Assembly: GCA_039798785.1 (NCBI GenBank)
Contig: JBDKFG010000015.1
Location: 24,595-88,594, forward strand
Direction: 5' to 3'
Origin: Verrucomicrobiota bacterium
Lineage (GTDB): Bacteria; Verrucomicrobiota; Lentisphaeria; Lentisphaerales; Lentisphaeraceae
Length of the DNA: 64,000 nt
The translations under genes and the position numbers were made by a program. The notes below the pieces were generated by a model. The model worked only from the letters and a program-made list of their open reading frames with translations, ran no database searches and was not told the origin of the DNA. This document shows, piece by piece, positions 27,657 through 36,995 of this stretch; position 1 is the first letter of the stretch; every line of letters begins with the position of its first letter.

Positions 27657-28037
27657 TCAGAGTTCAAGGAGCGCGTTGACCTTCGCTTGCAGTTCGACCG
27701 GACTGAAAGGCTTGGCGAGAAAATCGACAGGGCCGTAGACTCGATATTGACTCTGGCGAGCATCGAGATCGGGAACCGCGCTTATCACCAGGACCGGAAT
27801 GCCGGCTCCTTGAGAACGGAGAGCCGCCAGCACTCCGAGCCCGTCAAGGCGAGGCATGACGATGTCGAGAATGACAATGCGTATGCTATCCCGATGCATC
27901 TGCCAATACTCCATGCCGCTGATCCCGTTGCCGCTGCGGTGCACCTTGTGGCCGAGACGGTTGAGAAGAAGTTCGATGAGTGCGGCGATGCTCGGTTCAT
28001 CATCGATGATGAGAATGTCTGGCTTGCTGGCATCCAT
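27657..28037 (-). CDS. Single-domain response regulator receiver
   Basis: ILIIDDE, ILDIVMP.LDG, ISA and FLAKPF. Confidence 0.92.
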   Translation of the reverse strand: MDASKPDILIIDDEPSIAALIELLLNRLGHKVHRSGNGISGMEYWQMHRDSIRIVILDIVMPRLDGLGVLAALRSQGAGIPVLVISAVPDLDARQSQYRVYGPVDFLAKPFSPVELQAKVNALLEL

Positions 28038-28201
28038 GGAAACGCCCCCGGGTTGAACGTGGAAAGCTAACCCTCAAACAGCGTCCTGAGCAAGATGCGA
28101 CGCGGGAAAAGCCGGGGAATTTGCCGACAGGGGCTTCTGCCTCTGTTTTTTTGCCCTGACGCGTGTATTTCAGTCAACAGCAGCATTGAGGAAGATTCAG
28201 C

Positions 28202-28450
28202 ATGTCCGAAATCAAATTCCCCGTCGACTGGCACTTCAAGATCATCGGCCTCGCCAGTGCCGATCTCGCTTCTCCATTGGCGGAGGTGCTGCACAAACAC
28301 GGCTGTTCAGCCGTTCCGGTGGCGGGCTCGATTTCCAGCAACGGCAACTACCGCACCTGGAACGTCAGCGTCGTCTTCCTGGACCGTGCCCACATGGAGA
28401 CGATGAGCCAGGCCCTGGCTCAAGTCCCCGGCGTCAAGATGGTGCTGTGA
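28202..28450 (+). CDS. DUF493/YbeD family protein
   Basis: IKFPVDWHFKIIG, SSNGNY and VPGVKMVL. Confidence 0.85.
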   Translation: MSEIKFPVDWHFKIIGLASADLASPLAEVLHKHGCSAVPVAGSISSNGNYRTWNVSVVFLDRAHMETMSQALAQVPGVKMVL

Positions 28451-28573
28451 AGAAACACGCTTGCCAGGCGAGAGGCAAGCAGCCGCGTCCTCGACGCAGT
28501 GACTTCAGACTCAGTGACTCAGTTGTCACACCACGGTCTTAAACCTTCCAACTCATTACAAGCCTTGCATCCC

Positions 28574-29884
28574 ATGACACAGCCCAGCACACTCTTCCCT
28601 TGGAAACAGGTTCACTTCGTCGGCATCGGCGGCGTCGGGATGAGCGGCTTGGCGCGTCTGCTCCTGGCCGAGGGCGTCGGGGTTTCCGGATCCGATTTGG
28701 AAGACAGCTCTTACACCCGACGTCTCCGGGCGATGGGAGCGGAAATCGCCATCGGCGCCCACGCAGCCGAGCATGTTCCGCCGGGCACGGATCTCCTGGT
28801 TTATTCATCTGCGGTGAGCGCAGAAAATCCCGAACGCCTGAAAGCGCAGTCGCTAGGCATCCGGCAAAACCGCCGCGGCGAATTCCTCGCCGAACTGGCG
28901 ACCTTTTTTCCCCGCCTTATCGCCGTCGGCGGCTCCCACGGCAAGACCAGCTGCACCTCGATGATCGCCTGGGTGCTGAAGGAATGCCGCGTCCCCGCCT
29001 GCTGGATCATCGGCGGCGAACCGATCGGCCTCGAACCCGCGGGACACTGCCCCGGTGCCGAGATCCTGGTCACCGAAGCGGATGAGTCCGACGGCACCCT
29101 CGCCTGCCTTCAGCCGGAAATCGGCCTCCTCCTCAATGCCGAAGACGACCATTCCTGGTCGAACGGCGGCGAATCCGGCCTCGCCCTCGCCTTCCGCCGC
29201 TTCTGTCTGAATTCCCGCCATCTGGTCTACGGACGCGGCGGCATGGCTGATGCCGCGGCCGAAGGGCTCGATCAAGCGATCGCTCTCGATCCGCACGATC
29301 CGAGCATCGGCGTCGAAGTGCCTCAACTTGGCCGCCACAACCGCTTCAACGCCCGTGTCGCCCTCCTCGCGGCCTTGCAGCTCGGGGTCGAAGAATCCGC
29401 CGCCCGCGCCGCCCTGGCCCGATTCCCGGGGGTGAAACGCCGCGCCACCATCCACCTGCAACGTCCCGGCCTGACCTTGATCGAGGATTACGCCCACCAC
29501 CCGACCGAGCTCAAGGCCTTTGTCCAATCCCTTGCCGAAGCCCGCCCCGGCGCCTTCGTCATCGCCATCTTCCAGGCCCACCGCTACGAGCGAGTCGAGA
29601 AATACGGCGACGAGTTCGCCGTGATCCTGCGCGCCTTCGACCGGGTCCTTTACACCCCGCCCTTCGCCGCCTGGATCCCGCACGACCAGGTGCCGCCGAT
29701 GCAGCGCCTCGCCGACATCACCGGCTCCACCGCGGAAGTTCTCGAAGGGGAAGATTGGCAGGCCCACGCCGGGAACCTCCTGGCACAAGTGCCGGCCGGA
29801 CGCGATGTCGTCATCGCGGTGATCGGCGCCGCTACCGTCACCCGCGTCATCCCGCACCTGCTGCAGCGCTTGGCAAGTCCGTGA
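28574..29884 (+). CDS. murC: UDP-N-acetylmuramate--L-alanine ligase
   Basis: HFVGIGGVGMSGLA, SGSD, GSHGKT, EADESDG and DYAHHPTE. Confidence 0.9.
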   Translation: MTQPSTLFPWKQVHFVGIGGVGMSGLARLLLAEGVGVSGSDLEDSSYTRRLRAMGAEIAIGAHAAEHVPPGTDLLVYSSAVSAENPERLKAQSLGIRQNRRGEFLAELATFFPRLIAVGGSHGKTSCTSMIAWVLKECRVPACWIIGGEPIGLEPAGHCPGAEILVTEADESDGTLACLQPEIGLLLNAEDDHSWSNGGESGLALAFRRFCLNSRHLVYGRGGMADAAAEGLDQAIALDPHDPSIGVEVPQLGRHNRFNARVALLAALQLGVEESAARAALARFPGVKRRATIHLQRPGLTLIEDYAHHPTELKAFVQSLAEARPGAFVIAIFQAHRYERVEKYGDEFAVILRAFDRVLYTPPFAAWIPHDQVPPMQRLADITGSTAEVLEGEDWQAHAGNLLAQVPAGRDVVIAVIGAATVTRVIPHLLQRLASP

Positions 29885-29948
29885 TCCGAAAAGGTAATTT
29901 CCCTGCCACGTGCTAGGGTTCGCCCAATCACCCAAGGCTGAAAAAAAA

Positions 29949-31859
29949 ATGGCTGAAGAAAAATCCGTTCTCGGAAAGATGATGAAGCTCGGCAAGTCGC
30001 TCTTCGGCAATGCCGAAGAGGCGCCGGAAGAAGCGGCACCAGCGCCCAAGGCACCGCCACCTCCCGGGACGCCACTGCGCAAGGCGATCCCCATCGCCAA
30101 ACCCTTTGCCGAGCCTCCTCCCCCGCCTGCCGCCAAACCGGATCGGACGCCCGCCCTTCTCGCCAAGTTCGAGGCCATCCGCAGCGCCCGAGATCTGCGG
30201 AAGGCTCGTAAACCCCTGCGGCCTATCACCCGTTTGCCCGACCAGGAGGAGCGACTCAAACAATTCGAAATCGCCATGTCGGTCAAAATCCTCCGTCAAC
30301 CGGAATTGCCGGTGGCCGAAGAAACGTCGGAATCGAAGCCGCCTGCGGCCGCGGCAGAAATCGAATTGCCGCCGGAAGTCACCCCCTGGATCCCTCTCGC
30401 AATGAGCCTGCTCAAACCGATCCCCCCTCCTTTGACACTGGACGAAGAAGAGATCAAGGCCCGCAAGGAACGGCTCCAGGAAGTGCTCGACAGCTTCCGC
30501 ATCGACGCCCAGGTGAACAGCGCGATCAAAGGCCCTAGCGTCACCCGGATCGACATCCGCCCGGCTCCGGGCATCGGGGTCGACCAGGTCGGCGCCTTGT
30601 CACGCAACATGGCGATGGAGCTGCGGGTCGAGAGCCTGCGTGTGCTGGCTCCGGTGCCGGGCCAGCCCTACGTCGGAATTGAGATCCCCAATGCCAGCCG
30701 CGAACGCGTCTCCTTCGCCCAGATGCTCGATTCGCCCGAGTTCCGCGATCCCCGCAAACTCCTGCCGATCGCCCTTGGCAAGGCGACCGACGGCTCGATC
30801 AACATCCTCGATCTGGCCAAGGCGCCGCACCTCCTGGTCGCCGGCGCCACCGGCTCGGGCAAATCGGTCTTCATCAACGCCCTTGTCGCGTCGCTCCTGA
30901 TGCGACACGGCCCCGACGAGCTCCGCCTCGTCATGGTCGACCCGAAGGTGGTCGAACTCACCGCTTTCGAAAAGCTGCCGCACCTCGCCTGGCCGCTGGT
31001 CACCGATCACACCAAGGCCGCCGGCATCCTCCGCTGGCTGGTCTGGGAGATGGAACGCCGCTACAAAACCCTCGCCGCTTGCGCCTGCCGCAACCTCGAA
31101 GGCTTCAACGCCCGGACCCCGATTCCGGATCAGAAGGACGCCGAAGGCAAAGTCATTCCCGCCCGCCTGCCCTTCATCGTCCTGATCATCGACGAACTCG
31201 CCGACCTGATGATGGCGACCCGCAACGAGGTCGAAACCTCTCTCGCCCGCCTCGCCCAGAAATCCCGCGCCATCGGCATTCACGTCGTCGTCGCCACCCA
31301 GCGCCCCAGCGTCGATGTCCTCACCGGCGTGATCAAGGCGAACTTCCCCACCCGCATCGCCTTCCAGGTCGCCTCTCAAATCGACTCGCGGACGATTCTC
31401 GACGGCAAAGGCGCCGAATCCCTTCTCGGCCGAGGCGACCTGCTTTTCCGTCCCCCGGGCGCCGGCGGCATCGACCGTCTCCAGGGATGCCTCGTCGAAG
31501 ATTCGGAAATCGAAGCCATCGTGGCCGCCTGCGTATCTCAGCGCCCGCAGATCTTCATGACCGAGATCGCCAAGCAGATCGAGGAGCCCCCGGCCGCCGA
31601 CAGCAAGGGCAAAAGCAAAGGGAAAGGCAAGGACGCTGAAGGCGGCGGCGACGATGAGGGCGAAGCAGCCGAACTCTTCGAGCAAGCGCGCTCCCTGGTG
31701 GTGCGCGACCGCAAGGCCAGCACCTCCTATCTGCAGCGCCGTCTCAAGGTCGGCTACAACCGCGCCGCAGACCTGATCGACCAGCTCGAAGCCGCGGGTG
31801 TCATCGGACCTCAGACCACGTCTGGCGGCACTCGAGAAATCCTGATCGACAGGGAGTGA
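29949..31859 (+). CDS. ftsK: FtsK/SpoIIIE DNA translocase without an N-terminal transmembrane domain
   Basis: PHLLVAGATGSGKS, DPKVVEL, IIDELADLM, ATQRPSVDV and the gamma domain STSYLQRRLKVGYNRAA. Confidence 0.93.
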   Translation: MAEEKSVLGKMMKLGKSLFGNAEEAPEEAAPAPKAPPPPGTPLRKAIPIAKPFAEPPPPPAAKPDRTPALLAKFEAIRSARDLRKARKPLRPITRLPDQEERLKQFEIAMSVKILRQPELPVAEETSESKPPAAAAEIELPPEVTPWIPLAMSLLKPIPPPLTLDEEEIKARKERLQEVLDSFRIDAQVNSAIKGPSVTRIDIRPAPGIGVDQVGALSRNMAMELRVESLRVLAPVPGQPYVGIEIPNASRERVSFAQMLDSPEFRDPRKLLPIALGKATDGSINILDLAKAPHLLVAGATGSGKSVFINALVASLLMRHGPDELRLVMVDPKVVELTAFEKLPHLAWPLVTDHTKAAGILRWLVWEMERRYKTLAACACRNLEGFNARTPIPDQKDAEGKVIPARLPFIVLIIDELADLMMATRNEVETSLARLAQKSRAIGIHVVVATQRPSVDVLTGVIKANFPTRIAFQVASQIDSRTILDGKGAESLLGRGDLLFRPPGAGGIDRLQGCLVEDSEIEAIVAACVSQRPQIFMTEIAKQIEEPPAADSKGKSKGKGKDAEGGGDDEGEAAELFEQARSLVVRDRKASTSYLQRRLKVGYNRAADLIDQLEAAGVIGPQTTSGGTREILIDRE

Positions 31860-31956
31860 GTGCAGATCGCAGCCATACTCGCAGGCCGGGGGGACGCCGC
31901 GCCCCGGCTGCGGCTCCAAGCTTTCACCTTACAACTTTAATCAACGGGCTCCTTCC

Positions 31957-34335
31957 ATGACCCACCCCATGCACCGGCCGATTCTGGCGATGCAGCTCTG
32001 CCTGCTCTTTTTCGCCTACCCACTGCTGCTGGTCTCGCCTGTGGGCACTGGCTGGATCCTGGATCAAACCACGCTGCGGCTTCCGGTGGTGTTGCTGGCG
32101 GGAGCCCTCGCCGGGATCTGGCTCCTGCGGGTATCGCCCCCCCAGAAAGGCCCACTGCTTGGAGTTGCGGTCGCCTATTCGGTCTGGACATTGTGCGGTT
32201 CATGGATGTCGCCGCGCTTCCATCTCGAGGCCGTCCTCAACGCCTTGGCCTGGCCTTGGATCCTGCTGCAGTTCGCCCTGGTTGCGCGGCAGGATCTCCG
32301 CGGCCTGCTGCATCTGCTGCGCCGCGCATGCTCCCTCATCTTCCTGATTTCATGCCTTCATTCGTGGATCAGCCTGTATTTCTACACTCGCGCTCCGGGA
32401 AGCGATTGGCTTGATCACCCCTTGGTCGGTCTTGCCGGCAATCCCAACTGGCATGCTGCGCTGCTTCTCGCCTGTTCCTTCCCCTTCGTCGTCGAGCTTC
32501 GAGGTTTATTGCCGCAACGCCGCTGGAGCTGGCCCTGCGCCGCCGGCCTGACCGCGGCCCTCGGCCTGATCCCTCTGCTGAACTGCTCTTGGCGCAGCGG
32601 CCTGCTGGTCCTGCCGGTCCTCGCCGTCTGGGCCCTCTGTCTGCGCCTGCCCCCCGCTCGCCGCCTCCCGGCACTCTTGCTGATGGCGATGGCAAGCGGT
32701 GCCGCCGCGATGATCCTGATGCAGAGGCCGGAAATCCGTGAGAGGTACGAGCTGATCAAGCTCCAGGATGTACGAGGCCCCTTGTGGAGCCTGTCGCTAT
32801 CCATGAGCCGTGAGAAGGCACTCCTTGGGCAAGGCGCTGGGAACTTCCAGCGCGAAGCGAGCCGCTTCGACAGCCCGGAGCACATGCTGAAACTCAACGC
32901 GCCTGACTTTCACGAGCACCCGCACAATGAGGTTCTGCGGGTCGCCTGTGAACAGGGCTGGCTGACGGCACTTCTCTGGCTCGTCCTGATCTCCTGGGCC
33001 TTCAGCCGGCCGCCGCCTCCAGGCGCCCGCTGCCTCGCCGCAGCGGCGTTGGTGCTGCTCATCGCCGGCTTCACCGACAAGGCACTCCACATGCCGCCGG
33101 GCAGCCTCCTCTTCCCGATCCTGATCGGCGCACTCCTCTTCCGCCGGGCTCGCCCGTCCTCGCAGGAACTGCCGTTGCTGCTGCGTTTTGCCGCCACGGC
33201 GCTTCTTGCCGGACTCGCCTTGGCCCTGGCCTGGCTCGTGCTCTCCGGAACTCATCACAAACGCCTCGGCGACCGGGCCTTCTCAGAAGCTCGCGCCGCC
33301 GAGCTCCGCGGCGAGGCGGGCGCCGCCGGGCTTCTCTTGCGCCAAGCCGCCGACGACTACGGCCGCGCCGCCCTCATCCTGTATTGGGATGTCGAAGCCC
33401 CCTTCCTCGCGGCCCGCGTCCATCTGATGAATCTCCGCAACGCCGAAAACGGCCTCCCCTGGCTGGAGCGCAGCGAAAATCTCGAAGCAAGCTACGCCCA
33501 GAGCGGACGCTTGCGCCACCTCTATCACCGGCTCATCGCCGACAGCTTGCCGCCCGGCCCCCAGCGGCAGCAGCAGTTGGAATCGGCCCTCCAATCCTTG
33601 ATCGAGGAAATCCAACGGCATCAAGGCAACGTCAATCTCGCCTACGAACTGTATCAGTTCCTCGCCCTCTCCGGCGGCAAGCCGGATGAAGGCTGGAAGG
33701 CTTTCATCGACATCGCCGCCAGCCGCGGACAACAAAAACTGGCACTGATGCGCTGCGACGCGACAGAACTCCGACAGCAAATCCGCCAGGGCTCCGGCGA
33801 GGAGCTGTCGCGCCTCAATCACCTCTTCGCCGCGGTCCGCTTCCTGGGGGGAGTCGACCCCTCCTTAAACGGCCTCCCCGTCAACCAGGAATTCATCGCC
33901 GAAAGCTTCGAACCCGTGTTCACACCTGCCGATCTCGTCTATTTCCGCGAGCGGCTGGCCCTTTCGGATCTCCTCGATAAAACCGGTCGCACGGAAGCCG
34001 CAGTGCAGCAACTGATGGCGCAAATCCAGATCGATCACGCCGCCCCCTTCACACGTCCCGGAACCACTCAGCGCCTCGGACGAGGCAGTCAATTGAGTCG
34101 ATTCTGTCTCGAGGCCGAGCTCCGACGCCAAGCCGGACTCGGGGAGTTCCGGGCGCCCGCCGGTGAGGTCGCCCTCATCTGGGCCTACCCGGAGGAGTGG
34201 GCGCCACGCAACGCAGCCCTTGCGGCAATCCTCAATCTGCCAAGCTTCGAAGGACCGGCTCTCCGACTCCACCGCATGCACCAAAGCGGAATCAGACAGG
34301 TCTCCTTCGTCCCCGCAGCTTTCCAGGGGCGCTAA
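31957..34335 (+). CDS. O-antigen ligase (Wzy_C)-family membrane protein with a helical C-terminal extension
   Basis: About 12 TM segments; GNPN, R..LW, LGQGAGNF and HPHNEVL..ACEQG. Confidence 0.8.
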   Translation: MTHPMHRPILAMQLCLLFFAYPLLLVSPVGTGWILDQTTLRLPVVLLAGALAGIWLLRVSPPQKGPLLGVAVAYSVWTLCGSWMSPRFHLEAVLNALAWPWILLQFALVARQDLRGLLHLLRRACSLIFLISCLHSWISLYFYTRAPGSDWLDHPLVGLAGNPNWHAALLLACSFPFVVELRGLLPQRRWSWPCAAGLTAALGLIPLLNCSWRSGLLVLPVLAVWALCLRLPPARRLPALLLMAMASGAAAMILMQRPEIRERYELIKLQDVRGPLWSLSLSMSREKALLGQGAGNFQREASRFDSPEHMLKLNAPDFHEHPHNEVLRVACEQGWLTALLWLVLISWAFSRPPPPGARCLAAAALVLLIAGFTDKALHMPPGSLLFPILIGALLFRRARPSSQELPLLLRFAATALLAGLALALAWLVLSGTHHKRLGDRAFSEARAAELRGEAGAAGLLLRQAADDYGRAALILYWDVEAPFLAARVHLMNLRNAENGLPWLERSENLEASYAQSGRLRHLYHRLIADSLPPGPQRQQQLESALQSLIEEIQRHQGNVNLAYELYQFLALSGGKPDEGWKAFIDIAASRGQQKLALMRCDATELRQQIRQGSGEELSRLNHLFAAVRFLGGVDPSLNGLPVNQEFIAESFEPVFTPADLVYFRERLALSDLLDKTGRTEAAVQQLMAQIQIDHAAPFTRPGTTQRLGRGSQLSRFCLEAELRRQAGLGEFRAPAGEVALIWAYPEEWAPRNAALAAILNLPSFEGPALRLHRMHQSGIRQVSFVPAAFQGR

Positions 34336-34877
34336 AGCCAGCTAGACAAATTGCTCCTACATACATTTCATCCTGAAAACCGCAGTTGAAAAGTTCAAAG
34401 GTTGAAAAGTCGGATCTCCCAGGAGTTTTGTGGGTTGGCCCTGACCCCAAGGGGGGCACGGAGCCGCAGGACACATCTGTAGAATCAGGTTCATGCCATC
34501 CCTCCCCCCCATTGCGTCATAAACACCAAGCCAATCAAATCTTTTTCTTTTGGGGGATTGGCGTATAAGCACAAATATTATATATTGTGCGCAAAATAAA
34601 TCAAATACTGGCCTGACGGCAGGGAGCCTGAATGAAAAGAAGCCAGACGAGCTCGTTAACAAGAGGCGACGCTGCAGCGCAGAGACGCAAGTGCAAAACC
34701 GAGCAGGACTACTCGGCTCAAACCAAATCGATAACTCCTTGTTTCTGCTGCAAATCTTTCAGTCTTTGACTCTTTCCGGATATCCACTTGGCTTAAATAA
34801 AACACGGAACTCATCGGCGAGATTTCAGGACGAGGCGCGAAATACAGATTTCACAAAACAAGAACAAGGATGCCCCC

Positions 34878-35591
34878 ATGATCCGGATTGGAATCACCTG
34901 GTGCGACAATCTCCTCACCCAGAGCCATTACACCCAATGGATTTCCGCCGGAGATCCAGAGATCGAAGTCATCACTCTCAACTACGAGCAATCCCAGCCG
35001 GAGGAGGTTCTCCGATGCGACGGCCTGCTGATATCCGGAGGTGTTGACATCGAGCCTGAAAGGCACGGCCAGAAGCGCGGCTATGCAGGCCAGCCGGATC
35101 GTTTCGATCCGCAACGGGACGAATTTGAATTCCGTCTTTTCGAACTGAGCCGGAAACACGCCATGCCACTGCTGGGCGTCTGCCGTGGCATGCAACTGAT
35201 CAACTGCGCTCTGGGCGGCTCACTCCACCTCGACAACGGAGACGAAGCGAATCTGCTGCACTGCTCGGAAAACTACAGAAGCTTCCATTGTGTCGACGTC
35301 GCACCGTCCACCCTGCTGCAGCAGATCTGCAATACCCCGCAAATCCTGGTCAACAGCCAGCATCATCAGTCGATCGCAAGGCTCGGCAGTGACTTGGTCG
35401 CCAACTGTCATTTCCAGGGGGTGATCGAAGGGATCGAATGGCGGGCCCCTGCCGGCAAGCCCTTCCTTCTCGGCGTGCAGTGGCATCCGGAAGCGATGAG
35501 CAAGTACGGCGCCGGCTCCCTCCCCGGCGCCAAGGCGATCAGGCAGAGCTTCCTCACCGCCGTCCAAGACCAAGCTGCAGGTGCCTCATGA
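34878..35591 (+). CDS. Gamma-glutamyl-gamma-aminobutyrate hydrolase family (peptidase C26, class I GATase)
   Basis: DGLLISGGVD, PLLGVCRGMQLIN, VNSQHHQ and GVQWHPE. Confidence 0.92.
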   Translation: MIRIGITWCDNLLTQSHYTQWISAGDPEIEVITLNYEQSQPEEVLRCDGLLISGGVDIEPERHGQKRGYAGQPDRFDPQRDEFEFRLFELSRKHAMPLLGVCRGMQLINCALGGSLHLDNGDEANLLHCSENYRSFHCVDVAPSTLLQQICNTPQILVNSQHHQSIARLGSDLVANCHFQGVIEGIEWRAPAGKPFLLGVQWHPEAMSKYGAGSLPGAKAIRQSFLTAVQDQAAGAS

Positions 35592-35833
35592 AAAACCTCG
35601 TTGCGCATGGCAGGATTTCCATCCGCACCCTCGACACCAGCAACCAGAACCACCATCTCTGGAACAACAACGGCATCTGGAATCTCAACTACACGGTGCA
35701 TCCGACGCCGCACACCAAGCAAAGAATCCGCATCTCTCTGGGAACCTCCTCGATCGAAGAGGCCCGAGCCCTGCGCGACCGCTTCTTTGCCGAAGCCGGC
35801 GCCAGGATCCCCGGTCTCAGAGAATACTCCTGA
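35588..35833 (+). CDS. Small hypothetical protein resembling an integrase arm-type DNA-binding domain
   Basis: 81 aa, ATGA-coupled to the upstream gene; HHLWNNNGIW...RIRISLGTSSIEEARALRD. Confidence 0.65.
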   Translation: MKNLVAHGRISIRTLDTSNQNHHLWNNNGIWNLNYTVHPTPHTKQRIRISLGTSSIEEARALRDRFFAEAGARIPGLREYS

Positions 35834-35916
35834 TCCGCTAAGCCCAGTAGAGCACTAGTCCGAGCGTTCCGAGCGTCAATTCCTAGAAGATCTTCAGGCC
35901 ACAGGTGGACTGAGAA

Positions 35917-36741
35917 TCAGTCGAGTCGGCCAATCAACTGGCCGACCTTCAAACGCTCGCCGGGCTGGCAGACCGAGCCCGGATGGAAGGCGCCCTTGGC
36001 AAAAAGCATCACCACGGTCGAGCCCATCGCGAAGAGACCGAGTTCATCACCCTTCTTCACTTCAACCGGACGGGAGTAGGTCTCGGCCTTCACTCCTCCG
36101 CCGCAGTTCGATTCGGTCGGAGTGTGGGTGCAGCGGATCTTGCCGACGATGGTGGCGCCTACCTTGACTATGGCACTCGGAGTGCCGCAGTGGTCGAGAT
36201 AGCTGGTCAGTCGCTCGTTGACGCAGAAAAGCTGGTCGACTCCTTCCACCGACTTGAGATTCACCGGCCAGAGATAGCCGGGAAGATAGCGATAGCCGGT
36301 GACCTGGCCGTCGGCATAGTGATGCATGCGATGATAATCAGTGGGAGCGAGATAAACAGTCATGAACCAGCCGTCCTGGAAGCGAGCCGCCTCCTCCTTG
36401 TCTCCAAGCAAGCCCTCGAGAGTGTAGTCACGCCCCTTCGCCTGGATAAGTCTGCCGTCCCTGATCGGTCCGCATTGCGCCACCGCACCGTCGACCGGGG
36501 AGACCACGGCCTTGCCGTCGCCAAGGCCATCGATCGGACGTTTGCCGGGCTTGAGATGACGGGTGAAAAAAGCGTTTAAGGTGGGGTATTCCTCGATCGG
36601 CTTGTCGGCCTCCTCGAGCGAGATCTTGTAGCGCTTGGCAAATCCGGGGATGAAGGGTTTCGAGAGCCGGGTGTCGGCGATGCAGCCGACGATACGGGAC
36701 AAGAGGTTCTTCGGCACGATTCTCAGGAAAGTCAGCATCAT
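35917..36741 (-). CDS. psd: Phosphatidylserine decarboxylase proenzyme
   Basis: FFTR, SPVDG, QAKG, YLAPTDYHRMH, NER, VGATIVG and the MGST autocleavage site. Confidence 0.95.
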   Translation of the reverse strand: MMLTFLRIVPKNLLSRIVGCIADTRLSKPFIPGFAKRYKISLEEADKPIEEYPTLNAFFTRHLKPGKRPIDGLGDGKAVVSPVDGAVAQCGPIRDGRLIQAKGRDYTLEGLLGDKEEAARFQDGWFMTVYLAPTDYHRMHHYADGQVTGYRYLPGYLWPVNLKSVEGVDQLFCVNERLTSYLDHCGTPSAIVKVGATIVGKIRCTHTPTESNCGGGVKAETYSRPVEVKKGDELGLFAMGSTVVMLFAKGAFHPGSVCQPGERLKVGQLIGRLD

Positions 36742-36995
36742 GGGGGCAGGCTCCGGATTTTGGCGTCGCCCAGTTTAGCGCCGAAAGCAGCTCTGACGAG
36801 GGGCCTTGACGCTTCGCCGGCCATCATCTGCAAATTGCATAACCCGTCGCCTCCGCCGGCAGTCTGCGTGACATACGGGGAAATTTGAGGGAACAAGTAA
36901 TCGGAACATGAGTATAAAGTGAAAAGCTTGGTGGGCTCGGACCCCAGATCCGCGCCCTCGAAGATCACCATCAATCGCAACCCCAGGAAGCGCTC

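Noticed and set aside
34575..34590. NrdR box-like ATATTATATATTGTGC
   Set aside because: Single copy, lacks the conserved C, and is not upstream of a nucleotide-reduction gene.
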